Origin: an uncultured virus (IMG/VR IMGVR_UViG_2687453420_000003) | Taxonomy: Duplodnaviria; Heunggongvirae; Uroviricota; Caudoviricetes | Reading direction: 5' to 3' (one strand) | Virus record (IMG/VR): IMGVR_UViG_2687453420_000003 | DNA: 64,000 nt | Part shown: piece by piece, positions 38,835 through 49,822 of the stretch | Layout of the letters: each line of letters starts with the position of its first letter | How positions within the stretch are numbered: the stretch's first letter is position 1 | The notes under the pieces: model-generated | Seen by the model: the letters and a program-made list of their open reading frames with translations, nothing else | The model's database searches: none | Told to the model about the DNA's origin: nothing | Translations under genes and position numbers: made by a program

Positions 38835-40524
38835 TTATAATACTTTTACCCCATCTTTATACAGCCCATCTTTTTTAAAAGTCCAATAAGCGTGTGAACC
38901 GCCACCACCTGAAAAAATAAACTTATAGCTTCGTTGTTACCATCCGCACAAACATAGCAGTATCTATTTGCACGTAACCTTATAAAGTTATCTCTGTTTT
39001 GCCCCGAACTATCTCTAGTATCTATACTTGTACCATTACTAAAATTTATTACTCCGTTATTTGGTATTAAATTTATAGTGTCAGCTAACATATTAATAGA
39101 ACTGCTATCATTAGCTATGGCTAAAGCAATTTGTGCAGCCTTTATACTTCCTCCACCATCTACAACCAAATTTATTTTATCTGCCTGTTGTTCAATTTTA
39201 CTATTCACGTTTGATATTTGATTATTAACTGTAAATGTTATTGTTTCTGCTGTTTGCTCAATCTTACTATTTAAACTTCTATTAACATCATTAACTTCTG
39301 TCATTATATGCTTTTCAGTTATCTCCAACTTACTAGACAGGCTTTTATCTAAATTGGAAACTTCCATTTCTATTTTTTCTTTAGTGAATTCTATATCAGC
39401 AACAGTCTGCTTTATCTGTAAAGTTAAATCTTTTTTTCTCATACCCATTTCTATTTTTATATATTTTTTTAATAAACAGTCATAATCATAGGCTATCATT
39501 CTTCCCTTTAGATCCAATCCTAGTTCCTCATGTCTAATTGTTACAGTATCACCAAGATTAATCTTTTCTAAGTTCTTATATTGTTTATATTCTTCCGTTT
39601 TTCCTAACTCTTCAAACTCCACCTCATAATTGAAAAAAGGTATGTCAATTTTAGTCTCAGAAAATAGTCTTTGTGTTTGCTTTCTCATTTCTGCATAAGC
39701 TTCTTCCTTAGTTTCAAAGCCCTCACTATCTTCATCCTCTAAAGCTTCCTCACCTTCTAAATTTTTTCTTTTACCTTTATATCTTCAAATTTCACATGAG
39801 CTATTAAAGGTTGATAATAAGCTCCAATATTAGGACTATCAATATAATACTCTGGTAATAATAATTCATTGTACCCTTGTGGTATTATTCTAGTTGCAAC
39901 CTCTTTCATATCAAGTGTTTCATGTATGCCTAATAAGTTTTTTCTATATGCAATTAATACTCCTGTATCCTTTCCTATTTTTTCTTTAGCTATTATTTTA
40001 TAGTTATCAAAATCAAGTTCTAAACCCCATCTATTTCTTACAGTATTATCATTATCTCCAATAAGAGCTTCTACAGGATTTTCTCTTACTAGTCTACAGT
40101 TATTTTGTCTTCCACCTTCTTCACTTTCTAGAGTAAAATTGTGTGGATTTAAAGTTTTATCTAATACCTGTTGCACTGCCTGTATTCTTGTTTTTCCAAC
40201 TATATTAGTATCAGCTATAAAATTTTTAGCTAAATCAAAGAAAATATGTGTAGCATACACTCTAACTACACTTAAATCCCTCTCTCTTTCTTGTATTCTG
40301 AAAAGTTGTTCGCCTTGAGGTGTAGGTGCTTTAATTATCATATGCTTTTCTATCTTATCGCCCATTTTAGAAAATATAGGGTATTCCAATTCTAAAGAAA
40401 AAAGACCATTTATTTCCCTGTGTAATTCACATTGTAAACAGTCTTTTAATATTCCTATTCCATTATGAGTAAAGTTAGTTTCTACTTCTTTATATAAAGT
40501 AATCATTTTTATAAGCACCTCCAA
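38835..40524 (-). pseudogene. Tail spike/endopeptidase (Tal-like), split by 1-nt deletions at ~39762 and ~38912
   Basis: ORF 39757-40524 (NGIGILKD..EINGLFSLELEYP) joins ORF 38846-39688 (LEKINLGDTVTIRH) if one A is added to the A-run; a second shift gives GGGSHAYWTFKKDGLYKDGVKVL. Confidence 0.8.
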
Positions 40525-41210
40525 TGAGGTATAATTTCTATTTTATTAATGTTACCTGTCCAACTTATTTTATTTTCTCCCACTTTTAAAATTGGGAATT
40601 CTCCATACATATGATTATTTAACGCTTCATCATTCTTATAACATTCCATAATTTCAGAATCTAATTCTATATAACTATTAATATTTTTTAATTTAATAAC
40701 TTCATCATTTATATTTAAAGTTATATCTCCTGACCCAAATATTTTTAAATATGGTTGACTTTCAAAAGTTCCTTCATTATATATGGAAATTGGTTTATCT
40801 ATAATTAAAAGCTCTTCATCTATATATCCAAATGGATCACATGTAAAAAGTACCGTAAACTTTCCTAAGCTCTTTATACTTCTTTCAATATTATCTATCT
40901 TCACATTTTTAACTTTGTAATATGTTTCAATATCATCAGAAAGATATAACTTGTAATCTTTTATCTTATCTAATAACCACATTTTTATTTGCCTGCATTT
41001 ATTATTTATATTAACTTTATCTTGAAAACCAAATGTAATAGAGATACCTATATCCTCATAACTTCCCAGGTCCTCTGTTAATGTCCCATTTTTACCTGGT
41101 ATATAAATATTTTTAATATTTCTTTCAGGGGCAGGAATATTGGGTCTATGTTCTACAACTAATCCTAGATCCTTATAAGAATTATAATTATTAAACTGTA
41201 TACTAAACAT
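40509..41210 (-). CDS. Distal tail protein (Dit)
   Basis: IPGKNGTL, FTCDPF, NEGTFESQP, FPILKVGEN; directly after TMP. Confidence 0.88.
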   Translation of the reverse strand: MFSIQFNNYNSYKDLGLVVEHRPNIPAPERNIKNIYIPGKNGTLTEDLGSYEDIGISITFGFQDKVNINNKCRQIKMWLLDKIKDYKLYLSDDIETYYKVKNVKIDNIERSIKSLGKFTVLFTCDPFGYIDEELLIIDKPISIYNEGTFESQPYLKIFGSGDITLNINDEVIKLKNINSYIELDSEIMECYKNDEALNNHMYGEFPILKVGENKISWTGNINKIEIIPHWRCL

Positions 41211-44200
41211 ATCCTAATCCCCCTCTCCTATTTAACTTTCCCAATTCCTCTGACATTGGTTTCGCTGTTACTCTTGCAATTTCTCTACTATCCAAATTAA
41301 CTGGAACTATAATAGTCTGATCTTGCCTACCTGCTGTTAACCCTTTAAAATTTTTTAATACACTATTAGCTACTTTAGATGCTACATTTTCAGCTGTCTT
41401 AATAACTAAATCTTCGCTAGCATCATGGTTATAGATTCGACTTCCCCTTGGTAGATCATAAAGTTCATAATTATTATTTTTCCCTGGTGCATCATGTAGA
41501 TATGTTAATCCACCTGTGAAATATTTATCCCCTGTCCATCTACGCGGTATATATGTAGGTGTGTTAGGGTGTAATACTTGTTGAACTACACTAGCAATAA
41601 AAGGATGGTTACTTAACCAACTTTGTGCGTTAGAATGTGCGTCATGTATCCAATTAAATAAATTATAATTTGTCTTAGCCTGTGCTTCTATCGCACGCTT
41701 CCATATTCCTTCTTTTACACGATCGTAACTATCACCAATTGGCTTAAATTTTTGTCCATTTTTCAATTCCTGATCTATTTTTTCTTGCGCCTTTATAGGA
41801 TTCCCATAAATTTTATTTGTTCCCCTATCCCATGCTCCAACTATTTGTCCAGTACTTTTATCAACTTCTACATAACACTCTCTCATTTTCCCAGTTGTAG
41901 TATCTTTGATTTTGTAGTATCCAGTTTTAGTAATACCTAAAAATCCCTCCATTTTAGAACCATACTCTAATAATTCCGCCTGTTTTTGTTGCTGTTCTTT
42001 GGTTAGCATTGTTCCGTGTTGCATATCTATATAGTTTATTAGTTGCGGATATTTTTCTATTGCGGCATCTAAATAGCCTTTATATTTTTCATTTTCCACA
42101 CCTATTTCTTTATTCTTTGCTGTCTCTAACTGTTCTATTTTTATGTCAATTGCCTTTTTAGTTTCACTATCTACATTAATCGAATTTAGTTTTAATAGCT
42201 CAATTTGTTTATCATAGTTTTCTTTTATTTTCTTTACTTCTGTATCCCTAGCTTTTGCCTTTGATTCCATTAATTTTGAAAGACCGTTCATATCTAAGTT
42301 TTTCATACGCACATTAAAATCAGCTTGTGCTGCCATTAATTCTTCTTTTGATTTAACAGTATTCTTTAATTCTATATTTCCAATTTCTTTAGTTAATTTA
42401 TCAACCTCAGCTAAAGTTGTTTTTTTAGCTTCCCCAGTTTGTTTACCTGCTTTTTTCTCTAGTTCTAAAATTTTAGATTTAATATCGTTAACCTTTTTTA
42501 TTTGCTCTTGGCCATTTTTATTTATTGAAGCCAAAATCTTTTTTTCATTTTCGTCGATTTTACCATCTGCAGCAAATCCATCAGCTAAAGTTTTTTGTAG
42601 TTCCGGTTGTTTCTCCTTAATTTTTTTAATGGCACTATTGCAAATATCATCTAGTTTTGTTTTTAATCTTATTCCAGCCTCACTATCTACCAAATTATCA
42701 ATTTTTTCAGCATTCTTTAGCTCCATACTATAATCTGCTATTTTATTTGCACATTGATCTAGGGACTTTTGGGTATCTTTAGAAACTTTATTACTCCATT
42801 CCTTATGTTTAACATTCATTTCTTCTAATTCTTTATTAGTGTGAATAACATGTCCATTTAATCCTGCCATTGCAGTTTCCATAGTTCCCATATCTTCTGC
42901 ACTCTTTACACAGCTATCATTTAGATATTGTGTGTTTTTATGTGCTAAATAAACAGCTCCTCCAACTGCGGCTATAACACCAATAACTGGCAATGCTATT
43001 GAACCTAATCCTGCCAATCCAGCACTAGCTGCTCCAGTTGCACTTGTTGCCGCTACACCAGCTGTAGCAGTCGCTGCTTCCACTCCTTTTGTAGCAAGCG
43101 TTATCTTACCTATTATTCCAGTTACTTTACTTCCAACACTTAAAATACTTCCAAATCCAGTTGCTAATTTTCCTACACCTACTATAGCAGGGCCTGTAAC
43201 AACTGCAAACATACCAAATTTAGCTATCATGTTTTGTGTTTCAGGGCTTAATGCTGCAAATCTTCTTGTTAATTCTGTTATTTTGTCAGCTATATCTCGT
43301 ATAGTTGGTGCTAATGCACTTCCCATGCTTATCATTGCACCTTCTGCGGCGGATTTAAGGCTTCTCATGCTTCCGCCTAAATTATCTTCCATTGTTTTAG
43401 CTGCTTTTGCTGCACTTCCATCTGCATTTTTTAATTCACCAGAATATGCTCTTACGCTGTTTCCGCCTTCCTTTAAAAGAGCATTCATACCGGAAACGGC
43501 TTCTTGTCCAAATAATGTTACAAGTGTATTCATTTTTTGCTCTTCTGTTAAATTAGATGTACCTTTTTTAACTTCGTCTAAAACTTCTGGTAAAGACTTC
43601 ATTTTGCCTTTTGTATCAAATATCTTTATACCTAATTCGTCCATTTTTTCAGCTGCATCTTTAGAAGGTTTAACAAGTCTAGAAATAGCGCCACGTAAAA
43701 CTGTACCACTCTGGCTACCTTTAATTCCATAGTTAGACATAAGACCTATTGCAGCAGTAGTATCCTCTATGCTCCAGCCTGCTGTATTCGCCATAGCACC
43801 AGCATATTTCATACTCTCTGCTAAATCTCCAACACCTAAGTTAGCTTTATTGGCTCCAAGACTTAATACGTCAGCTACATGTGCTGCGTTTTCTGTTTTA
43901 ATTCCAAACTGTGACATACTGGACACTAATACATCAGTACTTTGTGTTAAATCAATAGCTCCTGCCTGTGCCAAATTTAACACTGCTGGAGTAGTATTTA
44001 AAATTTGATTTGTAGAATATCCAGCTTGTCCGAGCATAACCATAGAATCACTTGCTTCTTTAGCGCTATAACGTGTTTGTATTCCCATGTCTTTAGCAGC
44101 TTTATCAAGTTTCCCCATATCTTCTGCACTGGAATTAGTTATAGCTTTCAATTGGCTCATACTATCGTCATAATCTGCGGTAGTTTTTAATGCAATTGCA

Positions 44201-45042
44201 CCTAATCCAGCAAGTGGTACTGATACTTTTGTAGTTATACTTTTCCCTACATCAGTTATCTTTTGTCCTGTATCCTTTAACTTTTTAGAATGTTCTCCTA
44301 GTTTTTCACTTGCTTGAACCCATTTATTGTTTTGCTTATCTAATTCTTCATTTATCTTTTTTAGTTCTCCCTGTGCTTTATTCATCTGGGATTGTGCTTT
44401 ATTTAGATTAGTATCATACTGTTGTATTTTTTTTGCATTACTATCTATTGCTTTTTCATTTTTTTCATACTCTTTTGTTGTTTTGTCAACTTCTGTTTTA
44501 GCTTTTTCATATGCTTTTATTTCTTTTTCTTTCCCCGCTGTAAGTTTTTTTTGCTCATTTTCTAGCTTACTAATCTGTTCTTTTAATTTATTAGCTTCTG
44601 TACTATTTTCTCCATATCTTTTTTTAGCTGTTTCATATTCTTTATTTAATTTTGATAACTCTTCTTTATTTTTTATATATCCTTGTAGCTCTTTCCCATG
44701 AGTGTCTATAACTTTTTTTAACTGGCTCTCTGCTTTAGATAAATTATCTTTTAACTTATCTCTAACTTTTATATTATCTTCTAGCTTAGATTTAGTTTTT
44801 TCTATAGACTGTGTATATATGCCTACTTTTTTGGAATGTAACTCTACCTGTTTAGAAAGTGCCTCCTGTACAGATTTTAGTTTTTCGCTATCCTTCCCAA
44901 ACGCTTGTATACCGCTAGACGCTAATTTCATCTGGGATTGTGCATTTTTTAATTCTGCATTTACACCTTTAAGAGAGCTATTAAATCCGCTGCTATCTAA
45001 TACCATTTTTGCGGTTATACGTTTCTCTGTATTACTAGCCAT
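41203..45042 (-). CDS. Tape measure protein (TP901-family core)
   Basis: 1279 aa, Ala/Gly-rich, T-x-Y/F-SA, GIKGSQSGTVLR, MEDNLGG. Confidence 0.95.
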   Translation of the reverse strand: MASNTEKRITAKMVLDSSGFNSSLKGVNAELKNAQSQMKLASSGIQAFGKDSEKLKSVQEALSKQVELHSKKVGIYTQSIEKTKSKLEDNIKVRDKLKDNLSKAESQLKKVIDTHGKELQGYIKNKEELSKLNKEYETAKKRYGENSTEANKLKEQISKLENEQKKLTAGKEKEIKAYEKAKTEVDKTTKEYEKNEKAIDSNAKKIQQYDTNLNKAQSQMNKAQGELKKINEELDKQNNKWVQASEKLGEHSKKLKDTGQKITDVGKSITTKVSVPLAGLGAIALKTTADYDDSMSQLKAITNSSAEDMGKLDKAAKDMGIQTRYSAKEASDSMVMLGQAGYSTNQILNTTPAVLNLAQAGAIDLTQSTDVLVSSMSQFGIKTENAAHVADVLSLGANKANLGVGDLAESMKYAGAMANTAGWSIEDTTAAIGLMSNYGIKGSQSGTVLRGAISRLVKPSKDAAEKMDELGIKIFDTKGKMKSLPEVLDEVKKGTSNLTEEQKMNTLVTLFGQEAVSGMNALLKEGGNSVRAYSGELKNADGSAAKAAKTMEDNLGGSMRSLKSAAEGAMISMGSALAPTIRDIADKITELTRRFAALSPETQNMIAKFGMFAVVTGPAIVGVGKLATGFGSILSVGSKVTGIIGKITLATKGVEAATATAGVAATSATGAASAGLAGLGSIALPVIGVIAAVGGAVYLAHKNTQYLNDSCVKSAEDMGTMETAMAGLNGHVIHTNKELEEMNVKHKEWSNKVSKDTQKSLDQCANKIADYSMELKNAEKIDNLVDSEAGIRLKTKLDDICNSAIKKIKEKQPELQKTLADGFAADGKIDENEKKILASINKNGQEQIKKVNDIKSKILELEKKAGKQTGEAKKTTLAEVDKLTKEIGNIELKNTVKSKEELMAAQADFNVRMKNLDMNGLSKLMESKAKARDTEVKKIKENYDKQIELLKLNSINVDSETKKAIDIKIEQLETAKNKEIGVENEKYKGYLDAAIEKYPQLINYIDMQHGTMLTKEQQQKQAELLEYGSKMEGFLGITKTGYYKIKDTTTGKMRECYVEVDKSTGQIVGAWDRGTNKIYGNPIKAQEKIDQELKNGQKFKPIGDSYDRVKEGIWKRAIEAQAKTNYNLFNWIHDAHSNAQSWLSNHPFIASVVQQVLHPNTPTYIPRRWTGDKYFTGGLTYLHDAPGKNNNYELYDLPRGSRIYNHDASEDLVIKTAENVASKVANSVLKNFKGLTAGRQDQTIIVPVNLDSREIARVTAKPMSEELGKLNRRGGLGYV

Positions 45043-45099
45043 TTTCTACCTCCTTTCTAAATTTTTATATAAAAAAAGACACTCTATTGAGTGCCTAGC

Positions 45100-45348
45100 T
45101 TATAGAAATGGTATATCCTCTATATTTACTCTTTTGTAATTTACATCATTTGTAGAGTTATTTTCTTCTTTATTGTTTTTAATTTCCCAACCATTAAACT
45201 TAATATGTGATTTCCACATATTATAGAGTTCCTTATGTGTACTATCCCAAAATTCTTCTTTTGTGTAATTTAAATGTACTTTTGCTATATAAAAAAGCCA
45301 GTCAAAGTCTATTAAATAATCATCAATAGTCCTTAACTGGTCTTTTAG
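45100..45348 (-). CDS. -1 frame extension of tail assembly chaperone (gpGT-like)
   Basis: Start-less 83-codon frame LKDQLRTIDDYLIDFDWLFYIAKVHLNYTKEEFWDSTHKEL..., reachable via A AAA AAC at 45354-45348. Confidence 0.8.
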   Translation of the reverse strand, partial: LKDQLRTIDDYLIDFDWLFYIAKVHLNYTKEEFWDSTHKELYNMWKSHIKFNGWEIKNNKEENNSTNDVNYKRVNIEDIPFL

Positions 45349-45746
45349 TTTTTTTCTTTTTTATCTTCTTTATCTTCTGTTTGATTCATTCCCATGTAAT
45401 CTAAGTATAAATCTACGGATAAGTTTGTAATTTCTTGATATTGTTGTCCTGTTATAATATCTTCTAATTCTTCTATATTCCATTCTTTTATTTTTTCTTC
45501 ATATTTATTTTCTTCTTTATTTACAAGTACTTTTTCTTTATCTACACAACACATAGATACTAATTTTAAAGCATTTGTGTAGAATTGTTGTCCTTCCATT
45601 AATCCATAGATAACAGAACCATAGTTACCATACTTTTCATCTATTTTACGAATTGTTTTATTTGTCATTTTAAAAGAGTATTTTTTATCACCTATTTTTT
45701 GTTTTCTTATTTTATCCAACATATTATCCAGTCCTTTCATCAACAA
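45345..45746 (-). CDS. Tail assembly chaperone (gpG-like)
   Basis: Between major tail gene and TMP; ends EKN-stop on a slippery heptamer. Confidence 0.8.
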   Translation of the reverse strand: MLMKGLDNMLDKIRKQKIGDKKYSFKMTNKTIRKIDEKYGNYGSVIYGLMEGQQFYTNALKLVSMCCVDKEKVLVNKEENKYEEKIKEWNIEELEDIITGQQYQEITNLSVDLYLDYMGMNQTEDKEDKKEKN

Positions 45747-45779
45747 AATAATAAGGGTAGTATTTGACTACCCTATAAA

Positions 45780-46388
45780 TTAAGCTTCCTCACTTTTTTT
45801 ATTTTCTACTTCCTCATCCACTTTTGGGGTTGGTATTATTACTTCTTTAAAGAATTTTTCATCTGTCATTCCATCTTCTTCGTCTACTTTCCAATTCCAC
45901 ATCTCATTACTTCTTAGAGGTGCAAATGTGCCCTTTAATTTTTTTGTTTGGAAATTAGCCTTTCCTTCTTTACCTTTATAACTTTCATCACTTATAGAAA
46001 ATGTTCCTTTGTACATTATTCCATATCTGGCTTTATTATTACCTTTCATTGCCTTATATAATAATGCAACTTCTGGCGCTTCATCATTGGAACTTCTTAT
46101 AATCCCACCCTCAGCTGCCAATTTATGGCCTAATAGAAATGCTTCCTCTTCTTTTTTTAAATCTGTAATATCTATTTCTACATCTATATTAGCTAGTGTA
46201 CTTTCGCTAATCCACAAAATACCTTCTGCATAAAAGTCATCACTATTAACTTTGGGTTTTAACCCTAACTCTTTTACCCCTTCAAAATATCGTGGCATAT
46301 CAAAAGTTGTGGTTAACCTATCTGTTAAAACTTTAGCCACATATAACTTTTTCAAGTCTACTATCGGAACTACTTTTTCTTCTGACAT
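45780..46388 (-). CDS. Major tail protein (phi13 family)
   Basis: LKKLYVA, DFYAEG, LLGH, APEVAL, YKGTF. Confidence 0.88.
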   Translation of the reverse strand: MSEEKVVPIVDLKKLYVAKVLTDRLTTTFDMPRYFEGVKELGLKPKVNSDDFYAEGILWISESTLANIDVEIDITDLKKEEEAFLLGHKLAAEGGIIRSSNDEAPEVALLYKAMKGNNKARYGIMYKGTFSISDESYKGKEGKANFQTKKLKGTFAPLRSNEMWNWKVDEEDGMTDEKFFKEVIIPTPKVDEEVENKKSEEA

Positions 46389-46432
46389 ATATTATCCCAT
46401 CCTTTTTAATTTATTTTTTACACTAAAAAAGA

Positions 46433-46795
46433 CTAGCCTTTGCTAGTCGGTAAATCTATATTGAAACGCATTGCCTTGTGATTTAATTTAGTTTCTTTTT
46501 CATATAGATCCGCTGCCATATCCCTGTTAAATCCATTTTGTATCATTATTTTTTTTACTACCTCTTCACATTCTGTATAATCTCCAGTAGAAAATATATC
46601 TACCTGGACCACATAAGTAGTATAATCTTCTTTCCCTTCGGAATAATCTGCACCATATTCATTTATAATCTCATACTCTAAATACATGCTTTTATTAGGA
46701 TTATTTGTATGGAGAAAATATACTTTTTTATCTGGTAACAGATCTAATATCTCCTTACTATTTAATACTTTTAAAAGGTATTGCTTTATGTTCAC
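46433..46795 (-). CDS. Tail terminator/completion protein
   Basis: VQVDIFS, DLYEKETKLNHKAMRF; synteny. Confidence 0.75.
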   Translation of the reverse strand: MNIKQYLLKVLNSKEILDLLPDKKVYFLHTNNPNKSMYLEYEIINEYGADYSEGKEDYTTYVVQVDIFSTGDYTECEEVVKKIMIQNGFNRDMAADLYEKETKLNHKAMRFNIDLPTSKG

Positions 46796-46802
46796 ATATA
46801 AT

Positions 46803-47162
46803 CTACCTCACTTTGTCTAATAATTCTTTAGCTAATATACTTAATGCTTTATCTTCTGTGTTCTTAACACTTCTATCAAAATATCCTATATTGTGCTTGG
46901 CCATACTTGTGCCAAATTCTTCAAAGATATCATAAAATTCTTTTGTTTTAACTTCTCCAACTGTTGCTAATCCTTCTTTTTTAACTTTTTCTTTTACTTT
47001 GGCTAATTTACCACTTCTTTTAGTTGTATTCTTCTCAATCTCATCAGCTATAGGTTTTATAGCTTCTCTTACAGCCTTTTTCTCGTCAGCTTCATCTATG
47101 GTCATGTGTTGTAACATATCAGTGAATTCTTCCATACCCTCAATTTCTATTCCATCAGCCAT
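46803..47162 (-). CDS. HK97 gp10-like neck protein
   Basis: IEIEGMEE, RSGKL, FEEFGTS. Confidence 0.8.
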   Translation of the reverse strand: MADGIEIEGMEEFTDMLQHMTIDEADEKKAVREAIKPIADEIEKNTTKRSGKLAKVKEKVKKEGLATVGEVKTKEFYDIFEEFGTSMAKHNIGYFDRSVKNTEDKALSILAKELLDKVR

Positions 47163-47166
47163 TAAA

Positions 47167-47406
47167 TCACCAAATAATAAGTTTCTCATTATTATTTATA
47201 TTGGTAGCAAGTTTGTATCCTAAAGATTTAATTTCCTCTTTTATTTTTTCAGGGATATAAAAATTCACATGTAGTTTTCTATCACCATTTTCACAAGCTT
47301 GTTTAATTTTATTATTTATTTTTCTTCTTATACATTCAAAACAATATTCCTCAGCTTCTCTAGCACTATTCATTATTAATTTATTATCAATATATTTATC
47401 CCACAT
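47167..47406 (-). CDS. Hypothetical protein inserted in the head-tail joining module
   Basis: 79-aa ORF abutting both neighbours. Confidence 0.6.
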   Translation of the reverse strand: MWDKYIDNKLIMNSAREAEEYCFECIRRKINNKIKQACENGDRKLHVNFYIPEKIKEEIKSLGYKLATNINNNEKLIIW

Positions 47407-47778
47407 TTATATCACCTCAATAGCCTTTATCTTAAGCCATTTATTTTTATATTGTATATTATCTATAAAAGTAATATTAAAATATCTATATTTATCTTTT
47501 TCTTTTATTGCATTTTTATCTTTTATAGTTTTGATTCTATATTCTTTAGTATTTATATTTTTTAAATCTTTAGAATATCTAACTATAAATTCTACTGTAT
47601 TTTCTGCTTGGACTGCTTTTGCTGCATAAAATTCTTTTCCCCAAAGATTATTCATAGATGCCCGAACAGCTTTATAATCTATCCATCCTTCTATATCAAA
47701 TCCATTTTCATTCTGGTTTATAATATACTTTTGTATAACTATCCTTTTATTTAAATCTCCTATATTAACCTTAAACAT
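47407..47778 (-). CDS. Head closure / head-tail adaptor
   Basis: GDLNKRIVIQ, LWGKEFYAA, FIVRY. Confidence 0.85.
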   Translation of the reverse strand: MFKVNIGDLNKRIVIQKYIINQNENGFDIEGWIDYKAVRASMNNLWGKEFYAAKAVQAENTVEFIVRYSKDLKNINTKEYRIKTIKDKNAIKEKDKYRYFNITFIDNIQYKNKWLKIKAIEVI

Positions 47779-48055
47779 TTATATCACCATCATAGTTACT
47801 TAATTTGTCAAGTATGCTAGCTGTAATTCTATCCTGTTTGACACTTTGTGGTACTTCTGTACTTCTGTTTTCGTACATATCAGCACAAAGTTTCCTTTGT
47901 AGCAAACTAGCTAATTTAATCATTTTTTCATCTTGTTTATATCCTTCTCCTACCATAGAATCTATATAAATTTGACTTATTTCCATTAATTCCTCTGGGA
48001 AACTATCAGATTCATCATCAACTATTATATAATCTTTTATTTCCTCAACCGTCAT
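47771..48055 (-). CDS. Head-tail connector (gp6-like)
   Basis: TVEEIKDYI, DMYENR. Confidence 0.85.
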   Translation of the reverse strand: MTVEEIKDYIIVDDESDSFPEELMEISQIYIDSMVGEGYKQDEKMIKLASLLQRKLCADMYENRSTEVPQSVKQDRITASILDKLSNYDGDINV

Positions 48056-48100
48056 ATTATCACCTGCTTATTAAAAGGGTAGCATTAAGCCACCCAATCA

Positions 48101-49177
48101 TTAAAATTCTATTTTCTTTATAGATCTCTTAGCTCCTAGAACTGGTACAAACCTTTCAAGGATTCTTAATTTTACCGTATCATCTTTAAACCCTGCTTCT
48201 GTACTTCTTGCGATAGTTACAGCTTTTCTATCGCAATATTTAACTGCTTCATTCATATTAGCTACATAAAATACTTGTGTTTTTCCCTCTGATACTGGTA
48301 ATAAGATATCATCTACAGTAATAATTGGTTTCTCGTGGAAATACTCAACTCCGTTTATATTTGTTATAAGGTTTAATGATCTACCTTGTTTATCTTTTTT
48401 GTTCTTTAATTCTACATATCCTGCCACATTAGTCAAGGTAACTAATCCAGCTTTTATAGAAGGTAAAGACCCATCAATAGCTTTCTCTACATCTTCATAA
48501 GAAGTCACCCCAACAACCTCAGTAGCATTGTCCTTTATTACTTTCAATATTTTAGCATTTTCTTTAACTGTTGCTATATTAGCAAAGTTCTTTTTAACTA
48601 AACCTTCCATTTCAACTTCTGCATCATCTACAGTTTCAGACGCTAAAGATTGAATTAAACCTACTTTAGCACACTTAAAAGGTACATCAGTAGTTACAAG
48701 TGTTCCATCTACTATATCTTCGCCCTCTGCAACATCTGCCATTTCGTTCTGATCTAGGTCAATAACTGGTATAGTACCTTCATTTTTTGTAACTGGTATA
48801 ACATCACATAACCCTTTCAGTGAGCCAAAACCTTTTTGTATTTCAATTAATTTATTTACGAATTGCTTTGGAATAACTGCAGCATTATCTACAGATTTTA
48901 TATTTGCTCTTTCTTCTGTCGTTGTTTCCTCTCCCATTACTGTTTTAACTATAGCCCTAAACTCATTGTTCTCTTCTGGTTGAGTTTTCTTTTTTCTTTG
49001 ATTTTCTAGATCTCTTTTTTCCTCTTCCTCTAGTTCCTCTGCTGCCTTAATTAACTTTTCTAGACCTCTCTTTTCTTCCATTGCTTTTTCAGCTTCAATT
49101 ACTTTTTTATCCTTTATAAATTCTCTAATTTCTACCTTCTTAGCTTCTAATTGAGCTCTTAATTCTTCTAATCCCAT
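48101..49177 (-). CDS. Major capsid protein (HK97 fold with delta domain)
   Basis: N-terminal coiled coil, AVIPKQF, VAEG; after protease. Confidence 0.9.
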   Translation of the reverse strand: MGLEELRAQLEAKKVEIREFIKDKKVIEAEKAMEEKRGLEKLIKAAEELEEEEKRDLENQRKKKTQPEENNEFRAIVKTVMGEETTTEERANIKSVDNAAVIPKQFVNKLIEIQKGFGSLKGLCDVIPVTKNEGTIPVIDLDQNEMADVAEGEDIVDGTLVTTDVPFKCAKVGLIQSLASETVDDAEVEMEGLVKKNFANIATVKENAKILKVIKDNATEVVGVTSYEDVEKAIDGSLPSIKAGLVTLTNVAGYVELKNKKDKQGRSLNLITNINGVEYFHEKPIITVDDILLPVSEGKTQVFYVANMNEAVKYCDRKAVTIARSTEAGFKDDTVKLRILERFVPVLGAKRSIKKIEF

Positions 49178-49225
49178 TATCTGTTCACCTTTCCTTTACT
49201 AATTTTTTGTATAAAAAAAGAACTG

Positions 49226-49822
49226 TTATAATTCCAGTTCTAAATTTAATAATTTAAGTTTTAATTCTCTTTCTTCATTTTCTTTAGTTTTAACTTCTTC
49301 AATAGAAATTTCAACATTATCGGCCACAGCCCTTTGTTCAATATTAATTTCTATATTATCTCTATTCTCTATGGAAGTTCCAAAGTATGCTGGTGTTCTA
49401 GTGTCATCTAGTACTGATACTTCGGTTACATCTATCTCCTCTAAGTATCTTCTATCCACTCCACTATCAGATTTCCCCCAACTATCTTTTATCTTAGAAA
49501 ATCCAAAACTCCAACCTGTTAATTCATTATTTTCAGCCTTTTTTATTACTTCTTTATCATATACTCTAGCTTCTGCATAAAGACCTATATTGTCCTCTAT
49601 TAACTTTAACGTTTTTTCTTTTGTTGAGGCTAACTTTCTATTTTTATTGTGATTTAGTAGCATAGGTATATCATCTTTTTTAGATATTGCATTTTTCCAT
49701 GTTCCACTTCTAACCTGTTCCACGAAACCACCTTTAGCAGTTGTCATTTCTCTACTATCTCTTTCAACTGCATTTATATAGCCTTTTATAATTGCGTGGT
49801 CACTTCTTATCTCTACCCTCAC
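49226..49822 (-). CDS. HK97 family prohead protease
   Basis: MLLNH, GWSFGF, EVSVLD..PAY. Confidence 0.9.
   Translation of the reverse strand: MRVEIRSDHAIIKGYINAVERDSREMTTAKGGFVEQVRSGTWKNAISKKDDIPMLLNHNKNRKLASTKEKTLKLIEDNIGLYAEARVYDKEVIKKAENNELTGWSFGFSKIKDSWGKSDSGVDRRYLEEIDVTEVSVLDDTRTPAYFGTSIENRDNIEINIEQRAVADNVEISIEEVKTKENEERELKLKLLNLELEL

Noticed and set aside
43229..45139. Long plus-strand ORFs antisense to the tape measure gene (and similar shadow ORFs elsewhere)
   Set aside because: Antisense shadows of well-supported genes; no RBS or recognisable motifs
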